DNA of 64,000 nucleotides from Octopus sinensis (lineage: Eukaryota), in the NCBI RefSeq assembly GCF_006345805.1, contig NC_043012.1, positions 52,390,001 through 52,454,000 of the forward strand. The letters run 5' to 3'. A program made the translations under genes and the position numbers. Below the pieces are notes generated by a model, which saw only the letters and a list, made by a program, of their open reading frames with translations, did no database searches and had not been told where the DNA came from. Positions 54,366 through 64,000 of the stretch are shown one piece after another. Position 1 is the first letter of the stretch. Every line of letters begins with the position of its first letter.

Positions 54366-54830
54366 ACCTTGAGCAATTGTGATGACTCATGGTGGGTGTT
54401 CGCTGGGTGATTCTTGTGAGTCTTGTGAATTGTTCGGGTTTTATAATGCCTGTTAGGTGGTCAGTCCAGCGTAGCGTGACGTCATCAACGTTTTGACCAA
54501 TCGTTTCGTTAGGTGGCTTTAGTCAAGCAGAACGGGACGTCATCAACATTCTGACCAATCGTGACCTATCGCTGTATTATAACTGCCTCTTGTCTGTGTC
54601 CTGTTTTGACCAGTCGTTTCGTTAGGTGGCTTAGTCAAGCAGAACGGGACGTCATCAAGATTCTGCCCAATCACGACTTATAGCTGCATTAGATCTGCCC
54701 GCTGTCTGTTTCTTGTTAGGTGACTAGTCAAGCAGAAAAGGACGTCATCAATATTCTGACTAATCTCTGCCCCCTGTTTGTATCCTGTCCATTCTAGCAG
54801 AACTAGACGTCATCAACGTGTTGACCAATC
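54366..54830 (-). promoter_or_regulatory. Putative Pol II promoter of Penelope pseudo-LTR: 5x CCAAT/CRE modules, TATA, Kozak ATG, splice donor
   Basis: GACGTCATCAA-n4-TG(A/C)C(C/T)AATC at about 54478, 54536, 54648, 54741 and 54806. TATAAAA at 54445-54439, CCACCATG with ATG at 54390-54388, AAG|GTAAAA with GT at 54367-54366. Confidence 0.6.
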
Positions 54831-55007
54831 AGAATCGGGTCTGACCCTTAGCTGTATCGTATGTGGTCAGTCCATCAGGGTCAGATTTGCACGAAAAATG
54901 TTTTTTCCAATTTTACTAAGGCATATTTCCGTCAGTGCGAGTGACTGTTTAAGGTAGCGGCCGTGGTGGAATTTCGCTTCTCCTTTTCGGAGGATTTATC
55001 TTTTGTT

Positions 55008-57100
55008 TTAATATTCCTGGCCCAGGTTGTTTAAACTTGGTCTAAATTTTTTTATGAAATACAGTTCTTTATTTTGGCGTTGTGCGAAGGTTGCGTTGTC
55101 ACTGAATTTATAGAGCGGGTTAGTTGTAAATTTCGGATTTACATTTCCAGCACATCTATCTATGTGTCCGCTGACCGGTATTTTGCGGTAATCAGGGTTT
55201 CTAATTTGTGATTTATGCACCGCCATCCTGTTACGTAAGCTATTTTTTGTATGGCCTATATACTGCCTATTGCAGCCTGCGCATGTTATGACGTAAATTA
55301 AGTTTTCTGATGCGCAGGTGAAGTTTGTTCTAATGGTGAACTGGTGGCCTTGTTCCAGTATAAATTCTGATCTGATCCTTCTTTCAAGATGACACAGATT
55401 CCGCAGTTGGGCCTTCCACATTTTCTAACTGCTGGTTTTGTGGTTGATGTTGAGTGCAGTGTAGCTTGGGTTAAAATCCTTTTCAAGGATTTTGGTTGCC
55501 GTTTACTTTTAATGATGGTGTGTGTCTCGAGGATCCGGTTCATCTTTGGGTCTCCCTTTAGTAGGGCTGTGCTTTGTAGTATGGTGTTGAAGGCCTCATT
55601 GTTGAGTGGGTTGTGTGTAGAGATGTAGGGAAGGGTTTTTAATTGTTCTTTCTTTTTTGGTTTTGTTTGTCTCAGGTCTTCTATACTTAATTTAAGTACC
55701 CGTTGGATTGCACTGTCTATTAGGGGCTGTGGATAGTTTCTATTTGTGCGTGTGGTTCTAAGTTCCTGGAGACGTGTGTGTCGGGTGTTTGTGTCTGATA
55801 TTATGGTGCAAATCCTTCTAGCTAAACAAAAAGGGACATTCATTCTAGTGTGTCGTGGGTGGCATGAATCAAAGGGTAGGTACTGTTTAGAGTCTGTCGG
55901 TTTATAGTAGATATCTGTCTCTATTTTGTTGCCGGTTTTCTTAATGAGGATGTCTAAAAATGGTAATTCTTTTTCGTTGTGGTCCATCGTGAATTGTATA
56001 TTGTCATTTATTCCATTTAATAGTATTTTAAATTCCTCAAGTTTCTCTATACCTTTGTCCCAGATGATGAAACAGTCATCGAGGTATCTTTTCCAGTTGT
56101 TATGGATATAGGTGGCGAAGGTGTTTCCATATTTCTCGAGTGTTATCCGGTATAGTATTTTCTCGAGGTATCCCATCACTAGGTTGGCAAAAGATGGTGC
56201 AGTACGCGTGCCCATTCGCTGTTCCCGATCTTTGTCTGTAGAAATCATTGTCAAAAATAAAATAATTGTTCTCTAAAATGAATCTAAGTCCTTCTATTAT
56301 AAGGTCTTTGTTTATGCGAGTTGGGAGTTCAAAGGGGTAGTTATTCAGCCAGAAGGTGATCGCTTCTATTCCTAGGTTGTGAGGGATGTTAGAATAAAGA
56401 TTAACTACGTCGAATGATACTAGAAGGGTTTTCTCATTGACTGTTTTAGGGAGGTGGTTGAGCATATCTATATCGTCTCTTACGTAGCTTTTGATGTGTT
56501 TTAGGAAAGGTTTAAGAAGTGTGTCTAAGAAATTGCTGAGGCGGTGAGTTTCACATGCTGGCCCTGCTATTATCGGTCTTAGTTTAAGATCATTTGGTGA
56601 AGGGATTTTGATGAGTGTGTCGGTGGATGTTTTGCACGTTTCTCTAATTATTTGGCTTTTGTGTACCTTAGGGATACCATAGAACAAACTCGATTTGCAT
56701 TTGAAGTTAGTGATGTATTCATACTCCTTGTTCGTGAGTCCTTCTTTGTATGTGTTGATTAATGTCCTAAGGTTATGCATTATTTTTTGCTGATTATACT
56801 GTTGGGCCCTTTCATAATACGTTTCATCTCTTAATAGGGATAGCACTAAATTTTTATAATCGTTTGTATTCATTATTACTATCGCGTTGCCCTTATCTGC
56901 CTCCTTAATTGTTATTGTTTTGTCTTCTCTTAGTTTGATGAGGTCGTTCCATTCTCTTTTGTTGACGTTAGGGCTGTGCTTTTGTTTCTTGATGAATTGA
57001 AACGGGAAATTAGTTATGTAGTCACAATAGCGGTCTAAGGCTTTATTCTTTCCCTTGGTGGGGGTGTAATTGCTCTTGTTTCTAGCTATTGAGTCCTCCT
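55008..57100 (-). pseudogene. Penelope RT + GIY-YIG endonuclease ORF, two frameshifts
   Basis: KEADKGNAIVIMN, FYGIPKVHK, LRPII, SFDVVNLYSNIP, GTA-MGTRTAPSFANL, RYLDDCF, LPFLD, YYKPTDSKQYL, CGRPNCGIC linker, LIYVITCAGCNRQYIGHTKNSLRNRMAVH. 1-nt insertion near 56216 and 5-nt duplication (TCAGA x2) near 55368-55378. Confidence 0.93.
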
Positions 57101-57350
57101 CTGGTAATTCTTTTTGCTCACATGAAAATTGTAACTGAAAGAATGTTGGTAGACCACTTATCGCGCAATAGAAATCACCTGCTCTATAGTCCACTACTAG
57201 AAACTGTAGGTATCCAGAAAAAATGTATATATATATACATATATATATATATGTATATATATATTTATATATATGTATATATATATATATATATATACAT
57301 CAATATATATACATCTATATATACATCAATATATATATATACATATAAAA

Positions 57351-57582
57351 AAGGCGGCGAGCTGGTAGAAATGTTAGCACGCCGGGCGAAATTCGTAGCC
57401 GTATTTCGTCTGTCGTTACGTTCCGAGTTCAAATTCCGCCGAGGTCGACTTTGCCTTTCATCCTTTCGGGGTCGATAAATTAAGTACCAGTTACGCACTG
57501 GGGTCGATGTAGTCGACTTAATCCCTTTGTCTGTCCTTGTTTGTCCCCTCTGTGTCTAACCCCTTGTGGGTAGTAAAGAAAT
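57351..57582 (+). mobile_element. SINE family B
   Basis: Full-length match. Confidence 0.92.
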
Positions 57583-57594
57583 ATATATATATAC

Positions 57595-59549
57595 ATATAA
57601 ACCCACGGATTCCCACCTCTACCTCAACTTCTCCTCCTCCCATCCCTTCCACACCAAACGGGCCATCCCCTACTCCCAGTTCCTCCGCCTCCGACGCTTG
57701 TGCAGTCGCGACCAGGATTTCGAGACCCAATCTCAATACCTGGCCCGCCTGTTCAGGCACCGAGGATAGCCACCTACACTATTCTCAAGTGCCCTCGCCC
57801 GCGCCCGTCGCATCGACCGCACCACCGCCCTTTCTCCTTCCTCTCGCCCACTCCAACCGCACTCCCTTTCCCCTCCTTTTCCACCCCTCTACTCTACCCC
57901 TTCGTCGGAAGATACTACGTGCCTTCCGTCGCCTCCAGCTCGATCCCACGACCCGCCCCATTTACCCTAACCCACCCCTGTCCTCCTTCAAACGAGCCCG
58001 GAATCTACGCGACCTCCTGGTCCATAGCCCCCTCTCTTCTTCCCCCTCAGCCCCACACAGATCTTTCCCGTGCTCTAGATCCTGCTGCAACACCTGCCCC
58101 TTCATCACCAACACCACTGCTGTCACCGGCTCCAACCAGCGAACTGTACGTATCAGACATTCTTTTACGTGCACTTCGTCTGGCCTCATATACTGTATTA
58201 AATGCAACCTCTGCACACACATGCATACATACATACATACATACATACATACATACATACATACATACATACATACATACCTACATACACGCGCACCCAC
58301 ACATACGTGCATGCATGCACGCATGCCTGTGGGGTCTGGCTTTATTTCGGGCATACGTCTGGGCGTGTGCGTGTGTGCCTGTAGATTCGCATGCGCCCAC
58401 ACCGCGATAGTCTTTTCCATCAATCTTTCAGTTGCGAAGTGTGTCCTTGCATGCATATATATACACAAATATAAACTTATAAACACACATATAAACCCCT
58501 ACATTTGTACACACAAGCACATACATACATACATTCACTCCCACGCACACATTTACATTTATATACAATACACGCACACACACATACACACGTACAAACA
58601 CACACTAATTCACATACACACCGACACATATACATACACACAACATATACCTCTACGCGCACGCACACATACACATACGCACACACATATAAGCACAAAC
58701 ACACACATACATATGCACACCAAAACATGCGCACACATACGCACGCACACGCGCAAAAAGAAACTCACAACCCCACGGATACACGCATATACATCCATTT
58801 AGGCATACACACACACACATACAAACGCACACATACATGCACACACAACTACACGCACATACATACACACGCACACGCACACACACACAAATGAACCCAC
58901 ACATACATCCCATACGGCACACAACCATACATACACGCACACACTTACATACACGCACACAATCACACATACGTATATATACACACACACACGCACGTAC
59001 AAGCACACGCACACACATACACTAAGTTAAGCACAGTTACTCGCCATACACACAAAAAACGCACACGTACACACACACATACTACAACAAAACACACACA
59101 CGATACATATACACGCATACACACATGCCTCCCTGTTTCTGACCTGCCTTTCTGACTTGCTATGGTACCCCCACACCACTCCTTAATTCTACTACTGCCT
59201 GCTACTAGCCATTGTCCACCATACAAACACATACACACACACGCACACACTCACACACACACCCTTGTCATCTCGCACACCTTTTTTTACCATTCCTTCT
59301 TTGATTCAGCTCTCTTGTTTTTAAAAAACATTTTCCTCCATTTTTACCACTTCCGTCTTTTTAGTATGTGACCTTGTGAATACTACCCGCAATTTTTTTC
59401 CTCTGTCCTCCCGTCTCGGGATCTTTCTTTCTCCTGTGTTTCCGACGAAGACCGCTGCTCGAAACGTCCCTTCTTTCCTGAGCGTCCAATAATACTTTAT
59501 TTGTTCCACATCCTTGCGTTGTTGTCTTTTTGTTTTCTTGTTTGGATTA

Positions 59550-59560
<11 letters not shown>
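57595..59560 (+). mobile_element. Penelope-like retroelement 2 (5'-truncated 3' fragment, invaded by microsatellites)
   Basis: YKPTDSHLYLNFSSSHPFHTKRAIPYSQFLRLRRLCS (RT C-terminal region), FKRARNLRDLLVHS, CSRSCCNTCPFI..FTCTSSGLIYCIKC (linker plus GIY). (CATA)n/(CA)n at 58220-59130. Pyrimidine-rich tail with CCGACGAAG..CTCGAAACGTC at 59442-59468. Assigning the tail to this element is inference. Confidence 0.8.
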
Positions 59561-59588
<28 letters not shown>

Positions 59589-60106
59589 ATATATAGAGGG
59601 CATTATTATACATACATGCCACACACTAAGAGGGACAAAATTAGTCATTCTTTCTACCAAAAATTTTTACTCATCCCACCGACTGCAATTTTTCAAAGTA
59701 AGACATTTAAAATATGGACTGTATCACCTGTGATTTCATACCTCTGTATTCATCAGCAAGTCTGGGCGTAATCATAAATAAACGACCCTACATCGCCAAA
59801 GCCGGGCAGCCATCTGACCAACATCAACGACGCACATGGGGTTGTTTACATATATTACATCCGGTAAATATCAGACTTTTACGAATTGCATTTCGGGAAA
59901 GGAGAAGTTTTTTCGGAATAAAAATTTAGCAATTAAGGACAACTTCTTAATAAGGAAAACTTAACAAGAAATTATCGGGTAGATAGCGTGAAAAACCTCA
60001 TAAGAGAAAATTTTCGAAAATAATTCTTTCTCATTGAACATATTAAATTTATATAAGAGGGCATTATTATACATAATGCCACACGCTATATATAGATAGA
60101 TAGATA

Positions 60107-60170
<64 letters not shown>

Positions 60171-60253
60171 TGTATATATATATATATTATATATATATAT
60201 ATATATAATATATATATATATATATTATTTATTTATTTATTTATTTATTTATA

Positions 60254-61040
60254 CAGTGTGCGATGGGTAAATTGTCGCCATTTCATGTTTTAATTTTCTC
60301 CATGCGTATTGTTTGGTTTTAATTTTGTCGACTAAACAGTATAGTAGAGTCAGTTGGAAACTCTCCGTGAGAAAAATCTAGCCCGCTAACTTCATCGACT
60401 CTACCAGAAATTTCGAAACGACATGCTGTATGCTTGGCATCCGCACCGGAAGCTCCAATACTAATACAGGTTGAACAAACTGAAGAGCTGTTGGATTCCT
60501 GTGCCTCCATTAATCTTCCATTCATCACAGCCTCCCACTCAACACGGAGGCCTACATCAAGTGACTAAAGAAGGTAAGGTAGTACTACCCTGGGTGAAGA
60601 GAGTGGCTGTTGGAAGACACTATGTCTGGCAACAGGACTCTGTGCCATGCCAAACAAGCAGAGAAACCCACTCATAGCTGTCACACAAATTCTGCAACCA
60701 CATCACCCCTACCATCTGGCCACATAACTATCCAGACTTCACCCCCTTTCATTATCATGTGTGGGGCGCAGTTGAGCGAGAGACCAAGAAAACTCCTTGT
60801 AACAACAAATCTGAACTGAAGCCAAGAATTATAGTAGCATTCCCTAACTTAAACAAAAAGACAGTCCAGATTAGTTGCAGGAGATTCCAAAGTCGTCTGG
60901 TGGTCGTGAACGAAGCCACTGGAGATTTTATTGAATAAATATCCTCCTTTAGTATTTCAAAATAAACTATATCTGTTAAAATCAGATGTCAGTGTTACTT
61001 TCATTTTTGGTAATTTAGACGACAATATATTCACCGCACC

Positions 61041-61043
<3 letters not shown>
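60254..61043 (+). mobile_element. Tc1/mariner deletion derivative, DD37D (maT/Bmmar1-like) type
   Basis: TA flanks; imperfect TIRs CAGTGTGCGATGGGTAAATTGTCG / CAGGGTGCGGTGAATATATTGTCG. Transposase remnant LNTEAYIK..VVLPWVKRVAVGRHYVWQQDSVPC..IWPHNYPDFTPFHYHVWGAVERET..ATGDFIE*. Confidence 0.88.
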
Positions 61044-61088
<45 letters not shown>

Positions 61089-61114
61089 TTAATATATATA
61101 TATATGCTTGTATG

Positions 61115-61150
<36 letters not shown>

Positions 61151-61943
61151 TATATTGTAAAATCTAGTAACGCGAAAACATACCTAAAGCGTTTACAATT
61201 AAAAGTTGTATTTTTTGCACAGCGGACCATAATGTTTTAGCACACTAAACATGCAACCATGCCAATGAGCAAGGTTTTGCGTCATTTTCGGCATACAGAC
61301 ATCAGGTGCAGGTAAGTCTGTAAATCTAATTCGACAAGTTCATAACACCAAGGGGAATCGTTGGTGCCATCTGTATAATCATATGTAGTACCGAGTGAAT
61401 CACAAAATTTTGTTTAATTAGTGATCGAGGGAAAAATAAAACCGTATAGGTAGAATTGCTATAATCTCAACATCTGATCATACATACATATTTAAAACTA
61501 CAGATGTCGTTGAGTACATAGTATATATTTTATTTAACATATATATTTGACTATATACCTCCAGGGAATTTAAGTTAAAATATATTCAACTGTACAAGAG
61601 CAAATTTATCTACTGACGTGATAAAAAAGATATTCACACACACACATGTATACACACACACACACACACACACTCACACACACACCAGTCCGCTTACACG
61701 TACATACTTATACATATATATGTGTATGATCATATATATGTGTGTGTGTGTGTGTCTATCTACGTATAAATACGTTGATATATAGGTCATGAGGTAATGC
61801 TACTTGCACGGTGCAATCAGTTGGGACCTAGTCTAGATTGCATTGCACACTCGCACTCGCATATAAATATGCACATACTCACACACACATACATACAGAC
61901 AGGTACATATACATATATGCAGATATTTTTATAACTGCACATA

Positions 61944-62030
<87 letters not shown>

Positions 62031-62414
62031 GATGGCTGCCCCCTCGTTATCGAGTATGGCCATTGCACGAAGTTTAACTGTTATAGGTGCTGTGATCGAA
62101 TGTGACTTTTATTTGCTTTTTAAGGCTACAGCCAGCCATTCAGTTGAGACTCACAGCACAATCAACAATCATGAACAATGTTGCTATCGTGCAATGCCTG
62201 TGCAACAAGATTTTTTTTAAGTGAGGAAAGGCTGTGCACTGAGTCAAACCCACTCACTAAGTAACAGCAGCCATAATCCGAAAAGAAGAACAAGTCAACA
62301 TCATCGGTAACCACTGAGCCGCAGGTTTTAAGTCGCAGTTATCCTAGTTACCTGAGTTACCTTCTCCAAGAAAGATGCCCTAACAAAGGCTTATCTCTCA
62401 CTCTGTCTAAATGT

Positions 62415-62723
62415 ATGTGCGTGTGTAAATACCTGCATTCGTTCCATCACACCTACACACAGGCTTGTACACATACATTCATAGCTGCACGCGTATACAT
62501 ACACACATACATACATCCATACACACATACATACATACATACATACATACATGCACACATACATACATACACACATACATACATACATACATACACATAC
62601 ATACATACACACATATACATACATCCATACACACACATAGATACATACACACATAGACACATACATACACACAAATACATACATACATACATACATACAC
62701 AGATACATACATACACGCACGCA

Positions 62724-62757
<34 letters not shown>

Positions 62758-62850
62758 CACACATACATACATACAGACATACATACATCCATACACATAT
62801 ACATACATACATACATACATACATACATACATACATACATACATACATAC
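62415..62850 (+). repeat. (CATA)n/(CA)n microsatellite
   Basis: Read directly. Confidence 0.95.
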
Positions 62851-63705
62851 ATCGTCCTACCCACGTATACATATATCCACCGCTATGGACGTCAGCAGGA
62901 TATCAGCTCTCTGGGTTTTATTATTTAATAAGATTTTGCCATTGCCATTCAGCTTATTGTTTAGAGACATACAGATTATTGCTGATCTACTTTTCCAGTC
63001 CGTAACACAAATTACACCCAGGTGTAACATGATTTGGCAAAATAATGTTTATTCCCACTTAACCTTATCAACACTTCTTAAGTATCGATAACGATATTTA
63101 AGTGTTTCCCGCTCAGGGATCAGCTCTAATCGATATTTTTCCTTTCAGTATGGTTTATGATATCTTATTTTACAATTAGTAAACCTGTACTTATGAAAAC
63201 CTTCGCTAACGTCTGTGTCTAATTGCTTGTGTATTCGTGGTTGTTGTGTGTATGTGTGCGGTATTTTTTGTTCTCTCTGTGTGCGTGCGTATACGATTAT
63301 CTTTCTTGTTGTGTGTTTACGTGTGTTTTGGAGTGTATGTATGTGCGTGTCTGAGAAAAATATACAATATAGAGCGGTGGAAGGTGGGGGTGGAAACAGC
63401 AGAGTGATAGAAAGAGAATATGAACCGGTTGTGATGACAAACGTTGAAATCGGACTTAAGATATATGCAATAAAATATTCAGCCTTGCAATAAATTATAC
63501 TCAGGCCGTCTCTTCTCTCTCTCTCTCCATCTCCACACACACACACACATATATATATATATGTATGTATGTATGTATGTATATATATATATGCATACAG
63601 ACGTACACATACACATGTACAAATTTTTACATACACGCATTATATACATACATTTATAGATTGATTGATAGATGGATTGGCAGATACATATATATATACA
63701 TATAC

Positions 63706-63760
<55 letters not shown>

Positions 63761-63785
63761 ATATATAATATATATATATATTATA

Positions 63786-63830
<45 letters not shown>

Positions 63831-63859
63831 ACACTTATATATACACATACATACATACA

Positions 63860-63893
<34 letters not shown>

Positions 63894-64000
63894 CAGACAG
63901 ACAGACAGACAGACGTATATATATGTATGTATATACGAAAGTAGACAGCATCTCCACGGAATTATAGCAAACATGTCCAAAATTTGGCTCTTTACATTTA

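Larger units (their letters stand above)
54018..57100 (-). mobile_element. Penelope-like retroelement 1 (5'-truncated, with 3' pseudo-LTR)
   Basis: RT plus GIY-YIG coding region followed by ~1 kb of non-coding 3' region with promoter-like motifs and a hammerhead-like motif. Confidence 0.93.

Noticed and set aside
57101-57194. N-terminal [23 protein letters not shown] of the 364-aa ORF as the true Penelope start
   Set aside because: Lies in the duplicated flank also present at 52608 and lacks the usual PLE N-terminal motifs; the element appears 5'-truncated near 57100.

Overview
AT-rich eukaryotic genomic DNA, most likely an octopus/coleoid cephalopod. This is inferred from the tRNA-SINE families, the very high (AT)n/(CATA)n/(GATA)n load and TTAGGG repeats; no database check was possible. 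I cannot support any host protein-coding exon, so the window looks intergenic or deep-intronic. It is mostly transposable elements and simple repeats. Contents: a young, 5'-truncated CR1/L2-group LINE (13456-17385, minus) with APE+RT ORF2 and an unusual ORF1 region (Myb/SANT-like plus CCCH); a 5'-truncated Penelope-like element (54018-57100, minus) with RT+GIY-YIG and a complete 3' pseudo-LTR; a second Penelope fragment (57595-59560, plus); an R4/Dong-type RLE fragment in (CATA)n; a DD37D mariner deletion derivative; three copies of a GG-ended MITE with 8-bp TSDs, two carrying TTAGGG repeats; a 492-bp tandem array with an internal inversion; about 25 tRNA-SINE copies from at least 4 families. 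Most interesting leads: a tRNA-headed SINE-like element with a minimal hammerhead ribozyme, hammerhead-like motifs in both Penelope 3' regions, a LINE/SINE shared 3' end with a covarying stem-loop, and the Myb/SANT-CCCH ORF1. Nearly all YI/IY/CV/HT-rich ORFs in the track are microsatellite translations.
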